The notes below the pieces were generated by a model. It worked only from the letters and a program-made list of their open reading frames with translations, was not told the origin of the DNA and ran no database searches. Positions 1 through 8,020 of a stretch of 24,000 bases of DNA are shown in pieces. The first letter of the stretch is position 1, and each line of letters begins with the position of its first letter. The DNA comes from Patescibacteria group bacterium (GTDB lineage Bacteria > Patescibacteriota > Minisyncoccia > Phycocordibacterales > JADFSL01). The translations under genes and the position numbers were made by a program. The stretch covers positions 6,738 through 30,737 of the forward strand of contig JADFSL010000003.1 in assembly GCA_022560785.1 (NCBI GenBank), written 5' to 3'.

Positions 1-1
1 A

Positions 2-406
2 GTACTCCACACAAATCTAACAGGTGCTTTTATTGTTTCTCAAGTAGCAATAAAAAGAATGAAGAACAAGAAAAGCTGTTCAATTACCAACATTTCATCA
101 ATAGCGGCCCGTATACCTTCAAAATATTACTCTGGAGTTCATTACATTTCGTCTAAAGGAGGACTTATTTCTTTTACACGTGGTTTAGCCATGGAAATGG
201 GCTCTACCCCTATTCGTGTAAATGCTATTGTGCCTGGCGTTATAGAAACAGGAGAGGAGAGGAAGTGGATATATAAACATGCAGCAGAATCCACATTCCT
301 TAAAAGACCGGGAAACAAAGAAGAGGTAGCATCAGTGTGTCTTTTCCTTGCATCTGATTTAGCTTCGTATATAACAGGGGAAATAATTACTCTTGGAGGA
401 TATTAA
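2..406 (+). CDS. Short-chain dehydrogenase/reductase (FabG-like), C-terminal part; 5' end lies outside the window
   Basis: Frame is open from nt 2 (..NLTGAFIVSQVAIKRM..). It has the SDR catalytic YxxxK (HYISSKGG), PGVIETG, and the C-terminal ASYITGEIITLGGY typical of classical SDRs. Confidence 0.85.
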   Translation, partial: VLHTNLTGAFIVSQVAIKRMKNKKSCSITNISSIAARIPSKYYSGVHYISSKGGLISFTRGLAMEMGSTPIRVNAIVPGVIETGEERKWIYKHAAESTFLKRPGNKEEVASVCLFLASDLASYITGEIITLGGY

Positions 407-465
407 CTTGAAGTAAATAAGTATGTATTGCCATCAAACGCAAATTGTTTTACCATTAGTTACAT

Positions 466-2085
466 ATGGGAAAAACTCTTAAATTGTTTAATAAAATAAA
501 ATTACAAATCTGGGTTGTTTTTGTTGGTTTTATTGCAGTCAAGTTGAGTGGTATAGAAATGATAGCACCTCTTGTTGCCCTTTGTGCTGGTAGTGGTGGA
601 GGTGGAGGTAATGGAGGTGGAGGTGATGGAGGTGGAGGTGATGTTGATCCTGGTGGAGGTGTTGGTTGTGGATGTGGAATGGCTTGTGCTTGTGGTGGCT
701 GTGTTGGTAATGTTCCTTCCACTCCTTTTCTTTGCACATGGAATGGTAAAAAATTTGTATTTGAAAATGATTTTCTCTTTGGCAAGCCGTCAAATTATTT
801 CCAAACAGTTGAAGAAGGGAGGATGGCATATGAAAACAGTTTTATTGAAGGAGATCTTTACAGAATAAAAAATAGTATACATTTAGAAAATAAACAACCA
901 AGATTTCAAATAAAAGAGATTGAACCGGAGGAAAGTTTTATTGATTATCTGTCACTCTTTCATGTCCTATATCCAAAAGAAGGAGAGCTCATAGTTGATT
1001 CAAAGTTTAAGGATTTTTTCATATTTAAGAGAGAAGCCATAGAAAACGGCGAAGGAGTAGAATCCCAAACTATCACAAGTCACAATAGTAAAAATATTGC
1101 TCACAGAATGGGGAGCACCATTGATTCTTTGGAGAACACCAAAGGTATCAATGTGTATGAAATGGAAACCGGTGACACTATTCAAATAAAAGGGAATGTT
1201 AACACTGGATTAACAAAACCACTCTTTCTCCTTCTTGGATCTCATTATCGTGATTGGACTCTGGGTGAGATTTTTAATGTAGATCATAAAGACACACTAA
1301 AGGGTGAAATACTTAGTATGCTTTCATTTGGAGATAAGTCACCGAGCATGATTTTTCGCAATACAACCAGAGTTATGATGTTGGTGTTAATACTCAGCGT
1401 AGTTTGGTTTATGGGTGCTGTACAAAACCCCTCTAAGGTAACAGAAAACGAACCTCTTGATAGAGCAGATCATAAGAAGCTTGCAACAACTTTTGGTGTT
1501 AATGTAGCAAGTGCCGACACTCCTCCTCCTTCCAGGTCTCTCGTTATTGAGTATTACGACGGAGTAGTATTTAAAAAAATTGATATTGTTGAACCCAGAT
1601 ATTATCAACCAAGTGTTGATGCAATATCAATTCCAGAAGAAGCCATCTTAGATAATGGAGAAGTGACTATTAGAGTAAGCGCAACCAAAAAACACAATGT
1701 TACATCTGCTCTACTTATGTCTCCTAAAGAATTTTTACCATATAAGATAGAAAAACTAAGCGTTAGCAAAGCCTTCCACAACAGAGAGAAATCAGATTAC
1801 GCTCATGTTTTGAATACAGACGGTTCAAAGCAATACTTACACACAATTCCAGCTGATGTGGTGGATATAGAATTTGAAACCCCCAACCTTAAAGAAGATC
1901 CGTCTATTCAAAAAGAGGCATATCTTGTTAAAGCAAAAGGGTTCTACGCCGCCGCATCTGAAGAAACTCAGCGTACTGCAGGGGATTGGGTTAACAAACT
2001 TGACCCAGAATCACACGAGTGGCTCAAAGAAACATATTCGTTGAAAGATTATAGCAAAGATGATAGAGAACCTGTTTTGTCATAG
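466..2085 (+). CDS. Hypothetical membrane protein with N-terminal Gly/Cys-rich low-complexity tract
   Basis: 539-aa ORF with an N-terminal hydrophobic segment, a GGGGGNGGGGDGGGGD..GCGCGMACACGGC tract, and a second TM (MMLVLILSVVWFMGAV) mid-protein. I recognise no family. Confidence 0.6.
   Translation: MGKTLKLFNKIKLQIWVVFVGFIAVKLSGIEMIAPLVALCAGSGGGGGNGGGGDGGGGDVDPGGGVGCGCGMACACGGCVGNVPSTPFLCTWNGKKFVFENDFLFGKPSNYFQTVEEGRMAYENSFIEGDLYRIKNSIHLENKQPRFQIKEIEPEESFIDYLSLFHVLYPKEGELIVDSKFKDFFIFKREAIENGEGVESQTITSHNSKNIAHRMGSTIDSLENTKGINVYEMETGDTIQIKGNVNTGLTKPLFLLLGSHYRDWTLGEIFNVDHKDTLKGEILSMLSFGDKSPSMIFRNTTRVMMLVLILSVVWFMGAVQNPSKVTENEPLDRADHKKLATTFGVNVASADTPPPSRSLVIEYYDGVVFKKIDIVEPRYYQPSVDAISIPEEAILDNGEVTIRVSATKKHNVTSALLMSPKEFLPYKIEKLSVSKAFHNREKSDYAHVLNTDGSKQYLHTIPADVVDIEFETPNLKEDPSIQKEAYLVKAKGFYAAASEETQRTAGDWVNKLDPESHEWLKETYSLKDYSKDDREPVLS
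592..660 (+). repeat. Coding GGN/GGAGGT tandem repeat (15-nt unit GGAGGTGGAGGTGAT and variants)
   Basis: ggtggaggtggaggtaat ggaggtggaggtgat ggaggtggaggtgat read directly. It produces spurious Pro-rich, His-rich and Val/Glu-rich ORFs in other frames. Confidence 0.7.
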
Positions 2086-2125
2086 TCTTTCTATTGGGTA
2101 ATATACGACACAATACACAAATACT

Positions 2126-3196
2126 ATGGAACCAAACTCATCTGGGAATACAGAGAAACAAAACAATTTAGGAGAAGCAGGACAAGACTCGCACTCAAGT
2201 AAGAGAAGTCTGGTAGCTATCTCAATTTTAGCAATTATTTTTGCTGGGGTAGCTGTCTTTTGGTTCTTCTCTCAAGAGGAGAAGATAGAATCCTTTGTTG
2301 ATTTAAAAGGTAAGGTATACCTCACACTTGCTCTGGCAAACGACAATGCCGCTGATTTATATGTACTTGATATTGAAAGTCGTAACATAAGCAAATTTCT
2401 CGATGATGGTTTTGTTAAATATACAAGCGAAATATCACCAAATGGAGATAAGATTGCTTATACAGCAGCTCCTATAGACAGGGAGTCAAAGTTCGCCTTT
2501 CCTCATACCGAATTTTTACAGGTTTATGTTAAGAATTTTGGTAATGGAATTGTCGGCAAACTAACAGATAGTCGCACTAACGCCAAAAGACTTCCAACAT
2601 GGTCACCAGATGGTACACAAATAGCATTTACTGCGCAGTACCCAGATGCTTCTGAAGATGATTTTTCTATACCAAACGAGTGGGGAGTAGGGGTAGTTGA
2701 TTTAAGTGGAAATATAGAGCGAATAGATTCAGGAACATCACCATTTTGGTCTCCTGATGGAAATAAACTACTCTTCTTAAAAAATGATGGCTTGTATACT
2801 TATAATTTCAATGACAAGGAAAGCATAAAAGTTTGGAGTGTAGTAGGTGGAGAAGCATCAACAAATATGAAATTTGATGTTTCAAAGGATGGGTTGCTAC
2901 TTGCGTTAAGTGTTGCTAATAATAGAGGACTGGAACTTTATGAAATTATATCATGGGAGCCGTTTCAATTGACATTAAAACAGAAGATTGATATTGGAAA
3001 CAATATGGCGTTTTGGCCGGTTTTTTCTCCTGACAATCGGTATCTTATTTTTCAGGAAGTGTCAGTAAGTGAAGAAAATGGAAAATTGATAAACCCAGTT
3101 CTTATTATTTATGATATTAAAACGTCTGAGCGTATGAAATTCGTAAGTATTGATGAGTATAATTTTGATATGGCTTTTATTACTGACTGGCGCTAA
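2126..3196 (+). CDS. Membrane-anchored TolB-like (PD40/WD40-like) beta-propeller repeat protein
   Basis: N-terminal TM (LVAISILAIIFAGVAVFWFF). Repeated SP(D/N)G..(I/L)(A/L)(F/Y) blades: ISPNGDKIAYTA, WSPDGTQIAFTA, WSPDGNKLLFL, FSPDNRYLIFQ. Confidence 0.75.
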   Translation: MEPNSSGNTEKQNNLGEAGQDSHSSKRSLVAISILAIIFAGVAVFWFFSQEEKIESFVDLKGKVYLTLALANDNAADLYVLDIESRNISKFLDDGFVKYTSEISPNGDKIAYTAAPIDRESKFAFPHTEFLQVYVKNFGNGIVGKLTDSRTNAKRLPTWSPDGTQIAFTAQYPDASEDDFSIPNEWGVGVVDLSGNIERIDSGTSPFWSPDGNKLLFLKNDGLYTYNFNDKESIKVWSVVGGEASTNMKFDVSKDGLLLALSVANNRGLELYEIISWEPFQLTLKQKIDIGNNMAFWPVFSPDNRYLIFQEVSVSEENGKLINPVLIIYDIKTSERMKFVSIDEYNFDMAFITDWR

Positions 3197-3247
3197 GGGG
3201 ATGGAGAAGTATAAAATAGCTTTAAACTAGAATTTAAATAAATTTAG

Positions 3248-3278
3248 GGCTGCAACTTTTATGTTGCAGCCTTTTTTT
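3248..3278. terminator. Intrinsic terminator hairpin between convergent genes
   Basis: GGCTGCAAC (3248-3256) / GTTGCAGCC (3263-3271), loop TTTTAT, followed by T7 (3272-3278). Confidence 0.7.
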
Positions 3279-3323
3279 AAGATTGTGAAGACTATTCAGT
3301 TCAACGATGTGATAGAATTTCCA

Positions 3324-3809
3324 TCAGTTCTTTATTCGTTTGAACGAACCGTATGTTCTTCCTCCGTAAGTACCCTCGAGCTCATTGTCGACAAGGCGAT
3401 AAGTAACAAGGATCCCGTTGCGGAGTTTAAAAGAAAGTTCATCTTCTTTTATTTTCCCCGAGAAACGACCATATGAACCTCTACGCAAATTCCACGGGGG
3501 ATATACACCGGTGCTGTAAATCACCTTCGCTCTACCGTTGGCTTTCACCCGCGTTACAACGAGCGTGTGACAAAGACCTCCTCGTATGCCATCTTCCCAC
3601 ATACCAATCCATACACCAGAAAAGTTAGCCACCTCTTTTGGTACGTTCGAAGCCGGGGCTTTGATCTTGTATTTGGGAAGAGGTGATTCCCCAAGACAAT
3701 CGTTTCCATCGCTACCGGCCAGTGCGACATTCGTACTTCCTGCCAGGAAAATGAAAATTGTAAACAGCGATGCAGCCACTTTCAAAACAGACATTTTGAG
3801 CTTGTACAT
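3324..3809 (-). CDS. Secreted hypothetical protein (signal peptide)
   Basis: ATG at 3809 is preceded by AAGGAG (3822-3817) with 7-nt spacing. Signal-like N-terminus MYKLKMSVLKVAASLFTIFIFLAGSTNVALA. Visibly GC-richer than its neighbours. The longer ORF to 3851 is less likely. Confidence 0.7.
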   Translation of the reverse strand: MYKLKMSVLKVAASLFTIFIFLAGSTNVALAGSDGNDCLGESPLPKYKIKAPASNVPKEVANFSGVWIGMWEDGIRGGLCHTLVVTRVKANGRAKVIYSTGVYPPWNLRRGSYGRFSGKIKEDELSFKLRNGILVTYRLVDNELEGTYGGRTYGSFKRIKN

Positions 3810-3852
3810 AGGACTACTCCTTTCGTGTTGTTGACAAAGATATACCGTCAAA

Positions 3853-3881
3853 ACTGTATACTACTTTAAATTATTTGTCAA
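3853..3881 (-). promoter_or_regulatory. Sigma70-like promoter for the 3809 gene
   Basis: On the minus strand: TTGACA (3881-3876), 17 nt spacer, TACAGT (3858-3853). Confidence 0.45.
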
Positions 3882-4016
3882 CACGTTGCTCAGAAACGGC
3901 TCAATTTTGCAAGCAACACACAAGTTGAAATATTTGATAGCATTTTTAATATATTCTATACTTACAACACTTTATTATCACTTAGTTTGGCAGATATATA
4001 AATATATAATTTTAAC

Positions 4017-4814
4017 GTGAAAAGTAAGAACGCAAAAATAATATTTTCTGTTCTGGGAGTACTTTCTATTATATCGGTTGGTTTTTACTACTACAGAGCG
4101 GAAATCAGTTTATATGCTTGGAATAATTACCATATATTTCCTCAAATGGTGATGGCATTCAACGAAGATGCAACACTTGCTCTTGAGGTTGGAAATTATT
4201 ATTTTAATGTATACAGTAACGGTGTATATGATTTGAAAAAAGCGGAATACCATTTTGAGAGAGCGCTTATGTTGGATTTATATGTAAAAGATGCATGGCA
4301 TCAACTTGCAAGAATAGATTTTCTTGAGGGCAATTTTGATGGCGCCATTTTTAAAATAAATAAACAGATTGAATTACACAACGATGAACTTATGTCCTCA
4401 TACTATATTCGTGGACTTATTCTTGGCTATATGGGGCGATATGATGAGGCAGAAGAAAATTTTCTGTTATTTTTAGAGTGGGATCCAAAAAATTGGGCAA
4501 CACACACTGATTTAGCGTGGGTTTATTTTTCGGGTAGTGAATATCAAAAATCCGCTGATATAGCACGTGCGGGACTTTTCTACAGCCAAACCAACCCGTG
4601 GTTACTTAATATGCTTGGTGTGGCATTAATTAATACTGGAGAAATAGATGAAGCAAAAAAAATACTTGAATTTGCGCTTGAAAATGCAAATTTATTAACT
4701 GAAACTGATTGGCATAAAGCATATCCCGGCAATAATCCAAATATTGGCATACAAGGGCTTTCAGAGATGAAAGAAGCAATACAGTATAATATTACACTTA
4801 CTGTGAGTAATTAG
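4017..4814 (+). CDS. TPR-repeat protein with N-terminal membrane anchor
   Basis: GTG start. TM IIFSVLGVLSIISVGFYYY. TPR-like helical repeats (AEYHFERALMLD, YDEAEENFLLFLEWDPKN, IDEAKKILEFAL). Confidence 0.7.
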   Translation: MKSKNAKIIFSVLGVLSIISVGFYYYRAEISLYAWNNYHIFPQMVMAFNEDATLALEVGNYYFNVYSNGVYDLKKAEYHFERALMLDLYVKDAWHQLARIDFLEGNFDGAIFKINKQIELHNDELMSSYYIRGLILGYMGRYDEAEENFLLFLEWDPKNWATHTDLAWVYFSGSEYQKSADIARAGLFYSQTNPWLLNMLGVALINTGEIDEAKKILEFALENANLLTETDWHKAYPGNNPNIGIQGLSEMKEAIQYNITLTVSN

Positions 4815-4866
4815 CTGTTAGTAACTAGTATCTTGTATTTTTAGAATAAAGTATAATGAATATACT

Positions 4867-5970
4867 GTGAATATTTTTAGAAAAGATATATCTAAAATAG
4901 GTTTTGGCATATTATTTCTTGCTATTGTTGTAATATTTGGTGGCGGTTTTTCTGATTCAGGAATTCAAAACACTTCAGTTGAAGTTGGTGTTGCAACACT
5001 GTCTCCTTTAGGTCAAGCTGGTGGATTCGCTATTCCAGCTTCGTGTCCTTCATATGTTCATGTTGTGGGTGAATGTAATCCCATAGCGCGCATCTCTCAA
5101 GATAAGGGTACGACTGAACCGGGAGAATCTTTTGTTGTTTCTTGGAGTTCAACAAGAGCTAGCTCTTGCAAGGTGCAGCACATTTTACCTGACGGAACAT
5201 ACGACTATTATGTAACTGTTACTGAATGGTATGATTATAAAGCAGGCGAGACTATTACATCTGAAGTAACAGAGGATTATTGGGCAACAGGCTTGAGTGG
5301 ATCAAAAATCACCGTACCAACTGAACTTGGAACACATAGATATAAAAATACGTGCACCAACTCTCTGGGATCAAATACTGCCTCCATAAACCACACTGTA
5401 GCCTTACCTCCGCAATGCTCGGATGGTATAGACAATGATAGCGACGGCCTTACTGATTTGGCTGACCCTAGTTGTAGCGGATCATCTGATAACGATGAGT
5501 CAAATCCAGCACAGTGCTCAGATGGAATTGACAATGATGGCGACGGTTTTGTTGATTTGGCTGACCCAGGTTGTATTTCGTCTGGTGACAATAATGAGTT
5601 TAATATTTTCCCACAATGCTCAGATCGTATAGACAACGATGGGGACGGTCTCATTGATTTGGCTGACCCCGGATGTACTGATCCTAGCGATAATAACGAA
5701 ACAGCTCCACCAGCGTCTCTGAGCTTAGAAGCAAGTCCTATTAATCTGATACGCTCCGGGACAGGAACCATAATCGTTTGGTCTGCAACAGATGTAATCA
5801 GCTGTACCATATCAGGTCCAAATGGGTTTAACTTCACCACTACAAGCGGGTCACAATCAACAGGCCCTCTCACCGAGCAGAGCACATACACACTCTCATG
5901 TGAAACAGACACTGGTCCCGTAAGTGTTGGAGTCACAGTAAATGTCCTGCCGGTATTTGAAGAGATTTAA
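4867..5970 (+). CDS. Secreted/anchored protein with three Cys/Asp-rich repeats (CSDGIDNDxDGxxDLADPxC) flanked by Ig-like beta regions
   Basis: GTG start, N-terminal TM/signal (IGFGILFLAIVVIFGGG), and three tandem 33-34-aa repeats. The antisense ORF 5277..5936 is judged an artefact. Confidence 0.7.
   Translation: MNIFRKDISKIGFGILFLAIVVIFGGGFSDSGIQNTSVEVGVATLSPLGQAGGFAIPASCPSYVHVVGECNPIARISQDKGTTEPGESFVVSWSSTRASSCKVQHILPDGTYDYYVTVTEWYDYKAGETITSEVTEDYWATGLSGSKITVPTELGTHRYKNTCTNSLGSNTASINHTVALPPQCSDGIDNDSDGLTDLADPSCSGSSDNDESNPAQCSDGIDNDGDGFVDLADPGCISSGDNNEFNIFPQCSDRIDNDGDGLIDLADPGCTDPSDNNETAPPASLSLEASPINLIRSGTGTIIVWSATDVISCTISGPNGFNFTTTSGSQSTGPLTEQSTYTLSCETDTGPVSVGVTVNVLPVFEEI
5413..5712 (+). 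repeat. 3 x ~100-bp in-frame tandem coding repeat
   Basis: Unit starts (QCSD) at 5413, 5512 and 5614. Conserved block gatttggctgaccc in each unit. Confidence 0.75.
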
Positions 5971-5979
5971 TTAGGATTT

Positions 5980-6474
5980 TTAAAAACCAAACAGCTCTAA
6001 AATTTTATGCGAGAGAGGTTCGTTGTGCTCCTTCTCTTCTAAATATTTGTTTATGTAGTCGTGAATCGCTTGGCAGTCCGCATCCGCGAGAGGGATGATA
6101 AGGTATGGCATAAAAACTTTCTTTGATTTTATAATCAGTTTTGGATCAATATTCTTGTATTCATCGCTTATCCAGAACGAATCAAGTGTTTTGTACGGAT
6201 ACAGCGTATCTCCTATGACCACACCTCTTTCATTGATTTTAAACTGAATTAAATCAGGATGCCGATTTGCAAACAATGCGAGTGTAAATGAACCTATAAC
6301 GATAAGCACTCCAAAGAGAATATTGCTGAGCATAAATGCCGCTATAGTCCCTGCGAGCGCAACAATACCGAGCGCCCAAAACCAATCCACAGTTCTTTCT
6401 TTGTGTTCGTATTCAAATGCATTCCATTGTATCGGAGGTCTTTGCATGTTTGTTTTATCTATGAGACCTTGCAC
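5980..6474 (-). CDS. Hypothetical two-TM membrane protein with soluble C-terminal domain
   Basis: 164-aa ORF. TM pair WFWALGIVALAGTIAAFML / LFGVLIVIGSFTLALF. Alternative start ATG at 6447 (MQRPPIQW). Confidence 0.6.
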   Translation of the reverse strand: MQGLIDKTNMQRPPIQWNAFEYEHKERTVDWFWALGIVALAGTIAAFMLSNILFGVLIVIGSFTLALFANRHPDLIQFKINERGVVIGDTLYPYKTLDSFWISDEYKNIDPKLIIKSKKVFMPYLIIPLADADCQAIHDYINKYLEEKEHNEPLSHKILELFGF

Positions 6475-6478
6475 AAAG

Positions 6479-6565
6479 CGGAGGCGGGAGGATTCGAACC
6501 TCCGGTACCCTTTCGGATACTCTGGTTTTCAAGACCAGTGCATTCAACCACTCTGCCACGCCTCC
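6479..6565 (-). tRNA. tRNA-Ser (anticodon UGA), no encoded CCA
   Basis: Manual cloverleaf: acceptor GGAGGCG/CGCCTCC, anticodon arm CTGGT-CTTGAAA-ACCAG, long variable arm, T-arm GGAGG-TTCGAAT-CCTCC, discriminator G. Confidence 0.9.
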
Positions 6566-6571
6566 AGTGTA

Positions 6572-6781
6572 TTATGATATTGATTTTGCACTTTGTCGTC
6601 GTGCCACAAAAAAGATATAAATGATTTCAAGTATTGCAAATGTGTTCACCACAAGAATAATAATAAACCACCACTTGTGATTGAGTTGCGCTGCCCTCCA
6701 CATAGCATATCCCTTCCAAGGAAGTATCCACAGTGCAATGAGAGCGAAAATCCATACATTCTGTTCAAAAAACAATTCCAT
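6572..6781 (-). CDS. Small two-TM membrane protein, resembles the DUF5652 family common in CPR bacteria
   Basis: ATG at 6781 (MELFFEQNVW..). Motif WILPWKGYAMWRAAQLNHKWWFIIILVVNTFAILEIIYIFF. The ORF-track start at 6817 is a TTG. Confidence 0.6.
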   Translation of the reverse strand: MELFFEQNVWIFALIALWILPWKGYAMWRAAQLNHKWWFIIILVVNTFAILEIIYIFFVARRQSAKSIS

Positions 6782-6937
6782 TGTTGATAATGGTATCAAA
6801 AACAACAGTAATTGCAACGCATTTCCGTTCCTACTTTCTCAATGTTATTATATATAAATAGTGAGTAGTGAATAAAGCAGACAAAAACCCACAAATTAAC
6901 AACAACAAACTACTAACTAATAACTACAAACTAAATA

Positions 6938-7333
6938 ATGCGTTTTCTCGGAATAGATTATGGGACAAAAAAAGTTGGCATTGCGTTTTCAGACGAGAGC
7001 AATATATTTGCATTGCCAATATGTACGCTGCAAAACAATGCGTTACTTATAGAAAATATAAGAAATATTATTAAAGAAAAAAAAATTTCAGATATAGTAA
7101 TAGGAGAATCAATTAACTTTAAAGGAAAAGACAATCCAATTATGAAAGATATTTATATATTCAGAGAAAAAATTGAGGAAGAAATAAAGTTGCCCGTACA
7201 CTTTGAACCAGAACATATGACTTCCGAAGAAGCGCGACTGTTTCAAGTTGACAAAAAAAACATAGATGAATCTGCCGCAGCTCTTATATTGCAAGGTTAT
7301 TTGGATAAGTTGCAAAATAAAGATAAGAAATGA
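6938..7333 (+). CDS. ruvX: Putative pre-16S rRNA nuclease / Holliday junction resolvase-like YqgF
   Basis: N-terminus MRFLGIDYGTKKVGIAFSD, about 130 aa, and C-terminal DESAAALILQGYLD, typical of the YqgF/RuvX family. Confidence 0.85.
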   Translation: MRFLGIDYGTKKVGIAFSDESNIFALPICTLQNNALLIENIRNIIKEKKISDIVIGESINFKGKDNPIMKDIYIFREKIEEEIKLPVHFEPEHMTSEEARLFQVDKKNIDESAAALILQGYLDKLQNKDKK

Positions 7334-7347
7334 CATAGTAAAACAGT

Positions 7348-7968
7348 ATGATATTTACATATCTTGATAATCTGAAAATCAAATGGAGAGACTGGTTTAT
7401 CGATCATGCGTATGGCACTCATGCGAAAGCATGGCTTTTTCTTTTTTCGTTCAGCGAATCCATCTTTTTTATTTTTCCGCCTAGCATATTACTCATTGCA
7501 ATTTTAATGATAGATGCAACACGGTGGGTCTACTACGCGTTACTCACCACCGTCGCTTCAGTCCTCGGAGCGATACTTGGATATATCATAGGAGCATTTT
7601 TCTTTGATCTACTCGGAGTGCGCATTATAGAATTCTACAACCTCTTCGAGCAAATGGAATATGTGCGTACGATGTTTGATAAAAACACGTTTGTGGTAAT
7701 TTTCACTGCGGCATTTACCCCGATACCATTTAAAGTATTTGTACTCTCTGCCGGCTTTTTCAAAGTTAATTTTGCCGCATATCTTCTTGCGTCGATCTTA
7801 GGTAGAGGAGCCCGATACTTTTTGGTTGCATACCTTACCAAGAAGTTTGGTTCCAAAATGGCGCAAATCATCTTCAAGTATTTCAATATCATTACACTTG
7901 TTGTTGTACTCATTGCACTCTTGATATTGCTTGAATATCAAGAATTCATAAATCTGTTTCCATGGTAG
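7348..7968 (+). CDS. YqaA/DedA (VTT-domain) family membrane protein
   Basis: AWLFLFSFSESIFFIFPPSILLIAILM motif, multiple TMs, and GRGARYFLVAYL near the C-terminus. Confidence 0.75.
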   Translation: MIFTYLDNLKIKWRDWFIDHAYGTHAKAWLFLFSFSESIFFIFPPSILLIAILMIDATRWVYYALLTTVASVLGAILGYIIGAFFFDLLGVRIIEFYNLFEQMEYVRTMFDKNTFVVIFTAAFTPIPFKVFVLSAGFFKVNFAAYLLASILGRGARYFLVAYLTKKFGSKMAQIIFKYFNIITLVVVLIALLILLEYQEFINLFPW

Positions 7969-8020
7969 TACACGCCAGAATAGTTTTCTAGTAGTGCACG
8001 ACACGGTATACTAAAGACAC

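Noticed and set aside
456-868. Three overlapping ORFs (Pro-rich 456..785 minus, His-rich 539..829 minus, Val/Glu-rich 572..868 plus)
   Set aside because: All are alternative-frame readings of the GGN/GGAGGT coding repeat of the 466..2085 gene. Their low-complexity composition mirrors the repeat, and they have no independent start context.
5277-5936. 219-aa antisense ORF inside the Cys/Asp-repeat protein gene
   Set aside because: It is open only because the sense strand is a GAT/GAC/GGN-rich repeat. The sense ORF has a signal anchor and a coherent repeat and domain structure.
6868-7074. 68-aa ORF overlapping the ruvX leader and start
   Set aside because: It is out of frame with the well-supported ruvX ORF. 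Its Asn/Lys-rich composition derives from the G-free leader, and it has a GTG start with no supporting signals.
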